Source: Escherichia phage UP30
Sequence record: OX638287
Reading direction: 5' to 3' (one strand)
Length of the DNA stretch: 49,834 bases
Shown here piece by piece: positions 17,619-28,700 of the stretch (positions are counted from its first letter, which is position 1; each line of letters starts with the position of its first letter). A model generated the notes under the pieces. The model worked only from the letters and a program-made list of their open reading frames with translations. It did not search any database and had not been told where the DNA came from. The position numbers and the translations under genes are program-made.

Positions 17619-17989
17619 TGAACTACTCACAAATTGAACGAATGGCCCGGAAGGGTGTAGCTTTCTTCACCGACCCATCCAGGCCAATGAACCTGATAAA
17701 AAAAGGTGAATATGGTTACGACGAGAACGGATTCGAGATCCCACCGATGGAACAGGTTATTCCAATATCTGGAGCAACTCGCAGGCCAAAGGCTCGGGAG
17801 ATTGACGGGGAAACAATCCGTGCCTCAGACCTTTTGGGGATCTTCAATAATGACCATGAGATAAAAGAAGGCGACTATATAGAAATTGATGGTGTGCGTC
17901 ATGTTGTCGTTGACGCTCGTCCGGTGCAGGCATCATTAGAGCCTGTTGCCTATCGTCCAGTATTGCGGAGGATATCAGTCGGTGGCTAA
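17609..17989 (+). CDS. head closure / neck protein (putative)
   Basis: Position, overlapping start. Confidence 0.4.
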   Translation: MPLMNYSQIERMARKGVAFFTDPSRPMNLIKKGEYGYDENGFEIPPMEQVIPISGATRRPKAREIDGETIRASDLLGIFNNDHEIKEGDYIEIDGVRHVVVDARPVQASLEPVAYRPVLRRISVGG

Positions 17990-18425
17990 CTATCAGATTC
18001 GCAGGTTTCAAGGTGAGATTGATGCGTGGATTAAGGCTGCTGAGAGCACACTAGAGCACGCCATAGAGATATTCGTCAGAGATGTGCATAGCGCTCTCGT
18101 TAGCCGCTCTCCGGTCGATACGGGTCGCTTTAAGGGTAACTGGCAGATAACTTTTAACGAAATCCCCAACTACGCATTAAACCGATACGATAAAACTGGC
18201 GGCGTCGTCCGTTGGGAAGAGCAAGCCAAAACTTATGGCATGTTCAGCCGTGGCGGCGCTATAACATCCGTTCACTTCTCAAACATGTTGATTTATGCAA
18301 ACGCACTTGAATACGGTCACTCGCAACAAGCACCAAGCGGCGTCGTAGGTCTGGTGGCGCTAAGGCTGAGATCGTATATGGCAGACGCAATCAAACAAGC
18401 AAGGAGACAACAAAATGCACTATGA
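17982..18425 (+). CDS. tail completion / neck protein (putative)
   Basis: Track ORF starts at TTG 17946; GTG 17982 is a plausible start; start uncertain. Confidence 0.35.
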   Translation: MANYQIRRFQGEIDAWIKAAESTLEHAIEIFVRDVHSALVSRSPVDTGRFKGNWQITFNEIPNYALNRYDKTGGVVRWEEQAKTYGMFSRGGAITSVHFSNMLIYANALEYGHSQQAPSGVVGLVALRLRSYMADAIKQARRQQNAL

Positions 18426-18813
18426 GTTATCAGCGGCGGCACGCGCCGCCTTTCTTTCAAAATACAGGGACTTTCCTCACTACATGGAAAACCGTAACTT
18501 TACACCTCCGAAGGACGGCGGTGTGTGGCTGAGGTTCAACTACATTGAAGGCGACACGCTTTATCTATCCATTGATAGAAAATGCAAGTCTTACATTGCG
18601 ATCGTGCAAGTCGGTGTAGTGTTTCCACCAGGCTCCGGCGTTGATGAAGCAAGATTGAAAGCAAAAGAGATTGCCGATTTTTTCAAAGATGGTAAAATGC
18701 TTAACGTTGGTTATATTTTCGAGGGTGCAATCGTGCATCAAATTGTTAAACACGAAAGCGGTTGGGTGATTCCAGTTCGCTTTACAGTACGAGTAGACAC
18801 AAAGGAGACTTAA
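18415..18813 (+). CDS. tail terminator-like protein (putative)
   Basis: Position just before major tail protein. Confidence 0.4.
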   Translation: MHYELSAAARAAFLSKYRDFPHYMENRNFTPPKDGGVWLRFNYIEGDTLYLSIDRKCKSYIAIVQVGVVFPPGSGVDEARLKAKEIADFFKDGKMLNVGYIFEGAIVHQIVKHESGWVIPVRFTVRVDTKET

Positions 18814-18815
18814 TT

Positions 18816-19484
18816 ATGCACTTACCAAATGGCGCACAAATTTTCGTAGAAACCTCTCGCGGCGATGAGATTGATGCTTCTGCGGTTAGCAATGCTGAGC
18901 GACCCGTTGCAACGGTAGCATCTAAGGGTGATTTAGCTAAAGGTGATTACGTTATTGTAACTCAGTCAACTTGGGCTAAAATTGTTAGCCGAGTCCTTAT
19001 TGTGACCGACGCTCAAGAAACAGAAATTACACTGGCTGGAATTGACACATCTGATACTCTTGTTTTCCCGTCTGGCGGCACAATGAGTTTTGCAAAAATT
19101 ACTGGTTGGACTGAGATTCCATGCGTGCAGGAGATTGGTCAGGACGGTGGCGAGCAGCAGTATTACACGTATCAGTGTTTGTCTGACGACAAAGAGCAGC
19201 AGATCCCGACTTTTAAATCTGCGATCTCGCTAACTTATACTTTTGCTCACGAATTTGATAACCCGATCTACCCGATTCTGCGCAAGCTGGATGCATCTGG
19301 TCAGGTAACTGCGGTTCGAATGTATGTACCTAAAGCAAGTGAGATGCGTATGTGGGCTGGCATCTTATCGTTTAACGACATTCCATCCACGCAGGTTAAC
19401 GAGATGGAAACGGTTGAATTATCCGTATCCCTGAAAGGTGACTTTACTTTCGTATCTTCCACTCTAGCATCGCCTGGTGCTTAA
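18816..19484 (+). CDS. major tail protein (putative)
   Basis: ATG 18816 after AAAGGAG; terminator downstream; precedes G/GT chaperone. Confidence 0.55.
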   Translation: MHLPNGAQIFVETSRGDEIDASAVSNAERPVATVASKGDLAKGDYVIVTQSTWAKIVSRVLIVTDAQETEITLAGIDTSDTLVFPSGGTMSFAKITGWTEIPCVQEIGQDGGEQQYYTYQCLSDDKEQQIPTFKSAISLTYTFAHEFDNPIYPILRKLDASGQVTAVRMYVPKASEMRMWAGILSFNDIPSTQVNEMETVELSVSLKGDFTFVSSTLASPGA

Positions 19485-19496
19485 ATCATATCCACA

Positions 19497-19525
19497 GGGG
19501 GCTTGCGCCCCCTTCTTCATTTCTG
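19497..19525 (+). terminator. terminator after major tail protein gene
   Basis: ggggg-cttgc-gccccc then T-rich tract. Confidence 0.5.
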
Positions 19526-19560
19526 TAAAATCATCGTATCAACTTTATTCACTTCGTTTT

Positions 19561-19578
19561 TAACAAAAAGTGCTATTA
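19561..19578 (-). promoter_or_regulatory. dyad box, inverted relative to downstream tail chaperone gene
   Basis: taacaaaaagtgctatta; followed by CCAATCAGGAG leader. Confidence 0.45.
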
Positions 19579-19597
19579 ACCAATCAGGAGAAATATC

Positions 19598-19915
19598 ATG
19601 GCTAAATTCAATTTTGTGCTGGGCCAACTTCCAGACTTCAAACTTCCGGTAACTTTCACCATGCCAAACGGTGAAGATGCGACGATTATTTTTACCGTTC
19701 GCCACCTTTCCAGCAAAGAAGTACAGGATATGTACGCAAAACAGGGTGAAATGAATGATAGCGATTTCATCACTAAGATCGCGTCAGGCTGGAACGTTGA
19801 AGAAGAATTTAACGAAGATAACGCACGCAAACTGGTACAGTATTACCCATCCGCAGCGTACAATCTTACAGCCACTTACATTAAGGCTCTTGCCGGACAC
19901 CGCGCAAAAAACTAA
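19598..19915 (+). CDS. tail assembly chaperone (lambda gpG-like)
   Basis: Small acidic protein before tape measure; ends at slippery A_AAA_AAC. Confidence 0.65.
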   Translation: MAKFNFVLGQLPDFKLPVTFTMPNGEDATIIFTVRHLSSKEVQDMYAKQGEMNDSDFITKIASGWNVEEEFNEDNARKLVQYYPSAAYNLTATYIKALAGHRAKN

Positions 19916-20232
19916 AAAGGGCGGTCTATCTGTTATATCAGAAGCCGCCAACAGAAGAGCAACTACGATCGGTCGGCCTTAGTCTTTCTGACTATGAGGA
20001 CGAAGAACCGGAGACGATAATCGGTGACGCTGAGATGGTGAAGGCGTGGAATGTTTTTACGTCAATGCTCACTCAGTGGAGAAGTTCAGGCGCTGGCGCT
20101 TATGGTCTTGACTATAATGTTTTGCCTATGTTGTTTAAAATCTATAAAATAGAAGATGAAGAACTGGCATTGCAGGACGTTAGAATCATGGAAGCGAAAG
20201 CGCTTGAAATGATTGCTAAACAGAACAACTAA
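19598..20232 (+). CDS. tail assembly chaperone G-T fusion via -1 programmed frameshift
   Basis: Heptamer A AAA AAC at 19906-19912; -1 frame open from there to 20232. Confidence 0.55.
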
Positions 20233-20254
20233 GCCGCCGTTTGGCGGTTTTTTC
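20233..20254 (+). terminator. weak terminator/attenuator before tape measure gene
   Basis: ccgcc-gttt-ggcgg then T6. Confidence 0.4.
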
Positions 20255-20270
20255 GTATATAGGGGGTTAT

Positions 20271-23144
20271 ATGGTTGATAAGGTAGCAGGTCTTTCTCTT
20301 GACGTTGATGTGTCAACAGTACAGCGCGCCGTAAAGTCACTGAAAGAGTTTTCAAAGGCAAACGACCAAGCCGCTGACTCTATGGGGTCTTTAATCAATG
20401 AGGCAGAGGTTGCAAAGCAGAAGGCTAAGGAACACTCTGAACAACTCAAGCGACAGCGCAAAGAGTACGAAGCAGTAGAGAAAGCAATCGATCCTACAGT
20501 CGCAAAAATGGAGAAGTTAAGGGTTGCATCTCAGCAACTTGATAAGCTCTGGCAGCAAGGCGTTGTTCCAGATGACACATTTTTCCGTTTGGGTGAAATG
20601 CTGGATCTGCAAAACTCAAAACTTGCTCGCAGCCGCGCTATGCTGACGGAAGAAGGCCAGGCGGCATTACAGGAAGCAAAAGCAAAAGAGCAGGCAGCAG
20701 CGCGAAACAAAGCATTCATGGATGCTCTGAACGGTCAAGTTAACGCGATCGGCAAGACTCATGCTGAATTGATGGAACTGAAAGCGGCTGAGCTTGGTTT
20801 ATCGAAAGAAGCGGCGCCACTAATCGCAAAACTGAAAGATCAGGGTCGTGCAATGAATGCCGCAGGCATTAGCGCTGGGGAATATAAGCAGGCAATGAGG
20901 ATGCTTCCGGCACAGATTACCGATGTTGTAACCTCTCTTGCTTCCGGTATGCCTGTGTGGATGGTTGCCATCCAGCAGGGGGGTCAGATCAAGGACTCGT
21001 TTGGCGGGATTGGCAATACGTTTAAGGTATTGCTCAGCTATATTAATCCAGTCACAGCAGGTGTTGGCGTTCTCGTGGGCTCATTAGGTCTTCTGGCGAA
21101 AGCTGGATATGACTCTTACAAGTCAATCACTGATATGCAAAACGCTCTCATTGAGACTGGCGGTTATGCAGGCGTTACGGCTGATGACCTTGATTCAGTT
21201 GCTAAAAAGATTGCGCAGACGAGTAACTCAACCGTTGGAAGCATTCGTGATATTGTGACGGGGTTAGCAAGTTCTGGTAAGTACACCCGCGATCAGATCA
21301 AGAGCATCACTAAAGCTACTGCGGAGTGGTCCGCAGCAACCGGAAAATCAGCAAGCCAAATCATTGCTGAGTTCGACAAAATCGCAAGCGATCCGGTAAA
21401 AGGCTTGGAGAAGTTAAACGAACAATACAACTTCCTTGAAAAAGGACAGCTTACCTATATCGACACGTTAAGCCGGACAAAGGGCGAAACTGAGGCCGTA
21501 TCTGAAGCCACAAAATTATTCGCTGATGTGATGGAGCAGAGAATGAAGTCGATCGCGGATAATGCCACCCCACTTGAAAAGATGTGGAGCGATATTAAGC
21601 AATGGGCTTCTGACGCGTGGGGATGGGTTGGGGATCATACACTTGGTGCGCTGAACCTGATTATCGACGTTGTTCAGGGTACAGTGATTCAGGTAAAAAT
21701 GATTCTTGCGAAAGGTGACGAATACATCTCAAACTTTATCGCCTCCGCAATCAAGGCTACGCAGTCGCTGCCAGGTATGAGTAATTTTGGTGCTGATGTA
21801 CTGAAGGAGCAGGAGAACATTGTAAAAAGCTCCCGAGACAACTACGACCAGTTGGCCTCCGAACTTGACGCTATCAATGCTCGTGTAGAAAAAGGTGAGA
21901 TGGGCTACGTTGAAGCAATGAAGCAGCGACGCACTCTTGAAAAGCAGTACAGTGAGGAAACTAAGGAAGCAATAAGGAAAGAAGCGGAGGAAATCGAGAA
22001 GCGAAACCGAGAAAGAAATAAGCAGTCGAAAATTGTGCGCTCACCTACAGAGCAATTCGACAAGGAGTTAATTTCACTCAAAGCGCAGCTTAAGGTATTG
22101 CAGGAGCATAAGGAGATTGGTCAAAAACTTTCCGCACAGAGGAAGGCGTTGTTTACAACTGAGGCCACGATCGCTGTTCTTCGAGAGGCTAGTTCTAAAC
22201 GTCAGTTATCTGCGGAAGAAAAAGCATTGCTGGCAAGTCAGGAGAAAGTTGTCGAACTTGCAAAACAGAAGGCTGAGATTGGCGATCAGATTGTTAAGCA
22301 GCAGCAGTTAAACGAACTTACCGACAAGTCACTGAAGTTTGTCAATGAGATGACGGCGGCGACGGAGCAGCTAAACGCATCTCGCGGTATGAGTACCCGC
22401 GAAATGGAACGACAAGCGGAACTGGCTAAGATCACCACTGATTATATTAATGCAGGTGGCAGCGAAGGAGATGAAAAACTCCAGAACATGATCAAGGCAC
22501 AAAATGATTACTATGCTGCGGAAGATGCCAAGCGTGCTGACTGGTTAGCAGGTGCTGAAAGTGCATTTGCAGATTACGGCGATTCTGCAATGGATATGTA
22601 CGGTAACGTGTATGATGTTGCGTCAAGTTCACTTAACGGAATGAGTGATATGATGACCCAATTTCTGACTACAGGTAAGGCAAACTTTGCTGATTTTGCG
22701 AAAAACATTATCAGCATGATTATCAAGATGATTGCTCAGATGGTTATATTCAATACGATCTCTGGCATGATGGGCGGTAAGACATGGAGTTTTGCAGGTG
22801 GATTGACTTCTGGCGCTTCTGTGGCACCACAGGCAACTCCTACGCCTGCCGCCTCTGGTTTTAGGTCTTTATCTTCAGGTGTCGCTGTTACCTCGCTTGC
22901 TGCCGCTGCGGGTAGTGTGGCAACATCTGGATTTAACGCATCTAAATCAGCGCCGAAGGCAGTAAACCAATCAGCAGGTGGGACGGTCGTTGACGTTAGG
23001 GGCATGGAGGTTAAAGTTGACAACGGTTCAGATCCGAAAGGCATTTCTCAGGGCGTAGAAATGATGTTCAAAAAAATGATTCGTGAATCTTGTTCTCAAG
23101 GCGGCGAGGTTTACAATTACATTCAGGAAAAAACGGGAGGCTAA
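20271..23144 (+). CDS. tail tape measure protein (957 aa)
   Basis: Very long coiled-coil-rich ORF after G/GT, hydrophobic and Gly/Ala-rich C-terminal region; ATG 20271 after AGGGGG. Confidence 0.85.
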   Translation: MVDKVAGLSLDVDVSTVQRAVKSLKEFSKANDQAADSMGSLINEAEVAKQKAKEHSEQLKRQRKEYEAVEKAIDPTVAKMEKLRVASQQLDKLWQQGVVPDDTFFRLGEMLDLQNSKLARSRAMLTEEGQAALQEAKAKEQAAARNKAFMDALNGQVNAIGKTHAELMELKAAELGLSKEAAPLIAKLKDQGRAMNAAGISAGEYKQAMRMLPAQITDVVTSLASGMPVWMVAIQQGGQIKDSFGGIGNTFKVLLSYINPVTAGVGVLVGSLGLLAKAGYDSYKSITDMQNALIETGGYAGVTADDLDSVAKKIAQTSNSTVGSIRDIVTGLASSGKYTRDQIKSITKATAEWSAATGKSASQIIAEFDKIASDPVKGLEKLNEQYNFLEKGQLTYIDTLSRTKGETEAVSEATKLFADVMEQRMKSIADNATPLEKMWSDIKQWASDAWGWVGDHTLGALNLIIDVVQGTVIQVKMILAKGDEYISNFIASAIKATQSLPGMSNFGADVLKEQENIVKSSRDNYDQLASELDAINARVEKGEMGYVEAMKQRRTLEKQYSEETKEAIRKEAEEIEKRNRERNKQSKIVRSPTEQFDKELISLKAQLKVLQEHKEIGQKLSAQRKALFTTEATIAVLREASSKRQLSAEEKALLASQEKVVELAKQKAEIGDQIVKQQQLNELTDKSLKFVNEMTAATEQLNASRGMSTREMERQAELAKITTDYINAGGSEGDEKLQNMIKAQNDYYAAEDAKRADWLAGAESAFADYGDSAMDMYGNVYDVASSSLNGMSDMMTQFLTTGKANFADFAKNIISMIIKMIAQMVIFNTISGMMGGKTWSFAGGLTSGASVAPQATPTPAASGFRSLSSGVAVTSLAAAAGSVATSGFNASKSAPKAVNQSAGGTVVDVRGMEVKVDNGSDPKGISQGVEMMFKKMIRESCSQGGEVYNYIQEKTGG

Positions 23145-23146
23145 TA

Positions 23147-23500
23147 ATGGCGACACTTGACACTTTCAGTTGGTGTACGCAGGTTCAAGGGGGCGGTGGC
23201 TCCCTTACCACTACCAACAATGACCGCTCCATACAGTTTGGTAACGGATACATGCAGCTTTCATCATCTGGATTTAACACCACGAGACGAGAGTATTCAG
23301 TTGTCTATGCCGGGGAAGATTTCATGTCTGTTTACGACTTCTGCGATTCTCACCGCATTAAACCTTTCGCATGGACGCCGCCGGACGGGAAGATCGGGAT
23401 ATGGGTTGTGAAGCCTAACAGCTTGGGCGCGAAGCCAGTATCACGCGACGTGATGGAAATTAACGTAACGTTTATGGAGCAGTTCACATCTATGGAATAG
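23147..23500 (+). CDS. minor tail protein (lambda gpM-like)
   Basis: 117 aa after tape measure; ATG 23147 after GGGAGG. Confidence 0.65.
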   Translation: MATLDTFSWCTQVQGGGGSLTTTNNDRSIQFGNGYMQLSSSGFNTTRREYSVVYAGEDFMSVYDFCDSHRIKPFAWTPPDGKIGIWVVKPNSLGAKPVSRDVMEINVTFMEQFTSME

Positions 23501-23516
23501 CACCACATGACAAAAG
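23498..23516 (+). promoter_or_regulatory. degenerate dyad box
   Basis: tagcaccacatgacaaaag; stop TAG of gpM-like gene is first triplet. Confidence 0.3.
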
Positions 23517-23538
23517 CCCGCCTTGCGCGGGTTTTTTT
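23516..23538 (+). terminator. intrinsic terminator
   Basis: cccgc-cttgc-gcggg then T7; same stem as at 25696. Confidence 0.65.
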
Positions 23539-23579
23539 GTGGCTGTAGAATGGTATCAACTAAACGAGAGGAAAAAGCA

Positions 23580-24362
23580 ATGAGTGAAAACAAAAAACTT
23601 TATGATGAAGAAAGCGGAAAGAGCCTGTTCCATAACTGTCTTCAATCACTGTATCCTGGAGAAATCATTACACTGATTGAGGTTGACGGAAGCAAGTTCG
23701 GCGCTCAGGTGTACAGATTCCACGGAGAGAATATACAGTACACTCCAGAAGAAATCATGCAGGCACAGCAAACCGGAACGCTGCCGCCGAAAGAAATTAC
23801 CTTCCGTGGTGAGCAGTACGGAGCGCGACCGTTCGGTATATCCGGGATCTCGTTCGACAGTTCCGGCAGAGCTACAAAGCCACAGTTGACAGTGGCAAAC
23901 ATTGATAGTCGCGTGTCTGCTATGATTCGTGCATATAACGGATTGATGCAGGCTAAGGTGACAATCTGGATAACTCAGCGTGAGCTTATCAATTCTGATG
24001 GTTCAATCGCTGATGGTGCTTATCGTAAGCTGGTATACTATATCGAACGCCCGAGCTATGTAGATAAGAGCGTAGCTCGGTTCGATCTCACGTCGCCGTA
24101 TGATATGGATGGCATCATGATCCCGTCCCGACTCACTCAAAGCGTTTGCTATTGGGCGCAGCGTGGCTGGTATAAAACCGGAAAAGGTTGCGGATACAAC
24201 GGGCAAAATGGTTACTTTGACAAAGACAATAATCCGGTAGACGATCCCGCCCTGGATTTCTGCCCGGGAACGGTAACTGCCTGTCGCCTTCGGTTCGGTG
24301 CAAACAATGAATTGGATTTTGGCGGTTGCGCGGTTGCTTCACTACAGAGGAAAAATCAATGA
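23580..24362 (+). CDS. minor tail protein (lambda gpL-like)
   Basis: Position; C-terminal cysteine cluster consistent with an Fe-S site. Confidence 0.7.
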   Translation: MSENKKLYDEESGKSLFHNCLQSLYPGEIITLIEVDGSKFGAQVYRFHGENIQYTPEEIMQAQQTGTLPPKEITFRGEQYGARPFGISGISFDSSGRATKPQLTVANIDSRVSAMIRAYNGLMQAKVTIWITQRELINSDGSIADGAYRKLVYYIERPSYVDKSVARFDLTSPYDMDGIMIPSRLTQSVCYWAQRGWYKTGKGCGYNGQNGYFDKDNNPVDDPALDFCPGTVTACRLRFGANNELDFGGCAVASLQRKNQ

Positions 24363-25093
24363 TTAGTGCAAAAATTAAACTTGAAATTATGACTCACGCA
24401 CAAGAAGAATACCCCCGCGAATGCTGCGGGATAGTTACCCAAAAGGGGCGAGTGCAAAAATACCACAGAGTCGATAATGTTCATCGTGATCCTGAAAATC
24501 ATTTCATGATGGATGCTGTACAGTACGCCTGCATTGAGGATGACGCGGAATCAACCACGATCGCAATTGTTCATAGTCACACAGGTGATGGGGCTACAAC
24601 TCTCCCCAGCGCGCACGACACGTGCATGTGCAACGAAATGGAGGTTACATGGATTATTGTTAGCGTACCGGAAGGGGATATGCGATTCGTGAAGCCTGAG
24701 AAATTACCTCTGATTGGTCGTCCGTGGTCGTTAGGTTCATTCGACTGTTACGGCCTGGTGATGGCATGGCACAAAGAGCACGGAGTAGAGTTACGAGATC
24801 GCCGATTGAATTTTGAATGGTGGAAACCTGAGTACGGAATTAATCTCTATCAGGACTATTACAAGCAAGATGGATTTGTTGAGATTCCAGATCAGAACAA
24901 TCCTTCATTTGGTGATATGGTAATCATGCAGATAGGGCAAAACGTTACTGTATGGAATCACGCAGGGATTTACTTGGGCGATAATCAGATCTTGCATCAC
25001 GCCTTCGGTAAGTTGTCGCGACGTGATATCTATTCCGGCTGGTATCAGGAACACACAGTTTTAATTGTTCGCCATAAGGATCTAAAGCTATGA
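24359..25093 (+). CDS. tail assembly protein (lambda gpK-like; JAB/MPN + NlpC/P60-like)
   Basis: HSHTGDGATTLPSAHD JAMM-type motif, C-terminal Cys/His region; ATGA overlap with L. Confidence 0.7.
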   Translation: MISAKIKLEIMTHAQEEYPRECCGIVTQKGRVQKYHRVDNVHRDPENHFMMDAVQYACIEDDAESTTIAIVHSHTGDGATTLPSAHDTCMCNEMEVTWIIVSVPEGDMRFVKPEKLPLIGRPWSLGSFDCYGLVMAWHKEHGVELRDRRLNFEWWKPEYGINLYQDYYKQDGFVEIPDQNNPSFGDMVIMQIGQNVTVWNHAGIYLGDNQILHHAFGKLSRRDIYSGWYQEHTVLIVRHKDLKL

Positions 25094-25689
25094 ATGATGT
25101 GAAAGTAATCAAATTATCCGGTTCACTTGGAAGACGCTTCGGTGTCTTTCACAGATTCGCTGTTGACTCTTACCCGGAAGCTATCCGGGCGCTATCCAGT
25201 CAGGTAGATGGATTTAAAGAATACATGCAAAGCGAGGTGGGATCTCGTAGCAAGTTTGCAATATTCGTGGACGGCGTTAACGTTGGTCACCACGAAGAGG
25301 AAAAATTCAAATGCGCTAAAGAGATAAGAATAATCCCGATCCCGACTGGCTCTAAGTCTGGAGGTCTATTCCAGGTCGTATTGGGCGCGGCAATAATGGT
25401 TGCTGCATTCTATACCGGGGGCGCATCTCTGGCGTTAATGGGAACAATGTCCTCGTCTCTGTTTATGATGGGCGGCGCTATGGTGCTGGGAGGTGTGATG
25501 CAGATGATCTCACCGCAGCCGGGAGGTGCAAACTTCGAAGTTCAATCAAGCAAGAATAAGCCTTCATACGCGTTCGGCGGCGCTGTTAATACAACGGCGG
25601 CGGGATATCCACTTCCGGTCCCGTATGGCTATCGCGCCGGAGGTGGCGCAACGTTCTCAGCAGGTTCTTACGCTGAGGATATGAGTTAA
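25090..25689 (+). CDS. tail assembly protein (lambda gpI-like)
   Basis: Position between K and J; Gly-rich hydrophobic C-terminal half. Confidence 0.65.
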   Translation: MNDVKVIKLSGSLGRRFGVFHRFAVDSYPEAIRALSSQVDGFKEYMQSEVGSRSKFAIFVDGVNVGHHEEEKFKCAKEIRIIPIPTGSKSGGLFQVVLGAAIMVAAFYTGGASLALMGTMSSSLFMMGGAMVLGGVMQMISPQPGGANFEVQSSKNKPSYAFGGAVNTTAAGYPLPVPYGYRAGGGATFSAGSYAEDMS

Positions 25690-25695
25690 AACCAA

Positions 25696-25718
25696 CCCGC
25701 CTTGCGCGGGTTTTTTTT
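25696..25718 (+). terminator. intrinsic terminator
   Basis: cccgc-cttgc-gcggg then T8. Confidence 0.65.
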
Positions 25719-25722
25719 CGCC

Positions 25723-25764
25723 TGTATAATGGGTTCACCGATAAATAGCACAAAAAGGTAAACA
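25723..25764 (+). promoter_or_regulatory. J promoter: TGTATAAT then dyad box abutting RBS
   Basis: -10 TATAAT 25725-25730; tagcacaaaaaggtaaac 25746-25764; ATG 25767. Confidence 0.45.
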
Positions 25765-25766
25765 TC

Positions 25767-28700
25767 ATGATTCAAAAAGTGATAAGCGGATCTAAGGGCG
25801 GCTCGTCTAAGCCTCATAATCCAGTTGAAATGGAAGATAACCTGATCTCAATTAACAAGATCAAGATCCTGTTAGCTATATCTGACGGCGAGATTGACGA
25901 AACATTCAGCCTCAAGCAACTGATGTTTAACTCGGTCCCGGTGCAAAACGAGGATGGATCATTCAACTTCGAAGGGGTAAAGGCAGAGTTCAGGCCGGGC
26001 ACGCAGACTCAGGAATACATCAAAGGCATGGAAGATAGCGCCAGTGAGGTAACTGTAAACCGTGAGGTTACGACCGATAATCCGTACACGATCGCAGTAA
26101 CCAATAAAACTCTGTCGGCAATCCGTATAAAAATGTTCATGCCTCGCGGAGTACGCATTGAAAACAATGGCGATAAAAACGGCGTTAGAGTTGAGTACGA
26201 AGTGCAGCAAGCGGTTGATGGGGGTTCGTTTGAGACGGTGCTCACTGACGTAATCGAAGGCAAAACAATGTCAGGTTACGACAGAAGTCGTCGCGTAAAC
26301 CTGCCGAACTTCAATAATCAGGTGATATTCAGAGTCGTTCGCAAAACTCCAGACTCTAACGATTCGAACGTTGTCGATGCAATCCAGGTGAGAAGCTATG
26401 CCGAGGTAATTGATGCCAAATTCCGTTACCCTCTGACTGGTCTTCTTTTTGTTGAGTTTGATTCGAAGATGTTCCCGAGCCAGTTACCTACGATCTCAAT
26501 TCGTAAGCGATGGAAGATTGTAAACGTTCCGTCTAACTATGATCCAGAATCACGAACCTATAACGGGAATTGGGATGGAACTTTTAAGAAGGCGTGGACG
26601 AATAACCCTGCCTGGGTGCTTTATGACCTGATGATTAATCAGCGCTATGGACTGGATCAGAAAGAGCTTGGAATCTCCGTAGATAAATGGGCGCTATATG
26701 AGGCCGCGCAATATTGCGATCAGATGGTCCCTGACGGGAAAGGCGGTACTGAGCCTCGGTATCTTTGCGACGTGATAATCCAGTCACAGACTGATGCTTA
26801 CAAAGTTATTCGAGATATTTGCTCAATCTTCCGTGGCATGAGTTTTTGGAATGGTGAGAGCATTTCTGTAATCATCGACAGACCGCGTGAGCCTGCGTAC
26901 ATCTTCACGAACGACAACGTTGTTAATGGTGACTTCTCCTATACTTTCGCAAGCGAAAAGAGTATGTACACGACGTGTAACGTGATGTTTGATGACGAAC
27001 AAAACATGTATCAACAGGATGTTGAGCCAGTATTCGATCGTGAGGCGACTCTACGGTTCGGTAACAACGTAACGAGCATTACAGCGATCGGATGCACTCG
27101 ACGCAGTGAGGCTAACCGTCGCGGTAGGTGGATTCTGAAAACCAACCTACGCAGCACCACGGTAAACTTCGCTACCGGGCTGGAGGGAATGATTCCGACC
27201 ATCGGGGATGTTGTAGCAATAGCTGACAACTTCTGGTCAAGTAACTTGACTATGAACCTATCAGGGCGATTGCTCGAAGTGTCTGGAAGTCAGATTTTCT
27301 TGCCGTTCCGTGTGGATGCTCGCGCAGGTGACTTTATTATCGTAAATAAGCCTGATGGCAAGCCCGTGAAGCGCACAATCTCAAGTGTTAGTGCGGATGG
27401 AAAGACCATAGAGATTAACATCGGCTTCGGCTTTCCTGTGAAGCCTAACACGGTGTTTGCAATTGACCGTACCGACCTTGCGTTACAGCAGTACGTCGTG
27501 ACTAAAATCGACAAGGGTGATGACGATGAGGAATTTACCTACAAAATCACTGCGGTCGAGTACGATCCTAACAAGTACGATGAGATTGATTATGGCGTGA
27601 ACATCGATGATAGACCTACAAGCATCGTTGAGCCTGACCAGATACCTAAACCGGAAAACGTGCAGGTGTCCTCAGAGTCGAGAATCGTCCAGGGGATGAG
27701 CGTAGAAACGATGATTGTTAGCTGGGATAAAGTGCCGTACGCAGTTTTCTATGACGTCCAGTGGCGAAAGGATAACGGCAACTGGCAGAACGTTCCGCAG
27801 ACGGCAAACAAAGAGGTTTACGTTGAAGGGATTTACGCTGGTAACTATCAGGTTCGCGTTCGATCTGTGGCTGGCTCCGGTACGACTTCAGGTTGGTCAA
27901 ATATCGTAGCGGCGACGTTGACAGGTAAGCAAGGTGAACCGGGTCGACCGATTAACCTTACGGCTACGGATGATGTTGTTTTTGGTATCCGTACAAAATG
28001 GGGGTTCTCTGAAGGTTCAGGCGATACTGCCTATACAGAGTTGCAACAGTCACCGGATGGAACGGTTGACAATGCAAGTTTACTCTCTCTGGTTCCGTAT
28101 CCGCAGCATGAGTATTATCACTCACCAATGCCGGGCGGGAATATCGTGTGGTATCGGGTAAGGACGGTTGACAGGATCGGTAACGTGTCGCAGTGGACTG
28201 ATTTTGTCAGAGGCATGGCATCAACGAACGTAGACGATATTATCGGTGATATTTCTGTTGATATCGAAAACTCGCCAGGTTACGAATGGCTTGTTGATAA
28301 TGCAACCGACAACGCAGCGCAGAACGCAGCGAACGCTGAAGCATCAATTGAAAACGCACTCGCTAACGATAGAGACGCGATCCACATGAAGAAGGAGAAC
28401 GGTAAACGAAAAGCCGAGTACACCAAATCTCTTAAACTGATTGCTGACGAGACAGAGGCGCGCGTGACGGCTGTTGAGCAATTGAAAGCTAGTTTTGGAG
28501 ATCAGATTAGCGCGAGCAATAGCGAATTGCGTGAGGTTATCGCAACTGAGACAGGTGCGCTATCTCGCGAGATTGACCAACTCAAGGCAGAGATTGGTGA
28601 TGATATTCAGGCAAGTTTGACCGATATCCGTGAAGCCATCGCGAACGAGACTGAGGCAAGAACGCAAGCTGACTTAACGTTAAGCGCGCGACTTGGGGAT

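Noticed and set aside
19755-19982. Track ORF that might be taken as the T segment of the tail chaperone
   Set aside because: It is in the +1 frame relative to G; the frame continuous with the slippery heptamer is the -1 frame ending at 20232.
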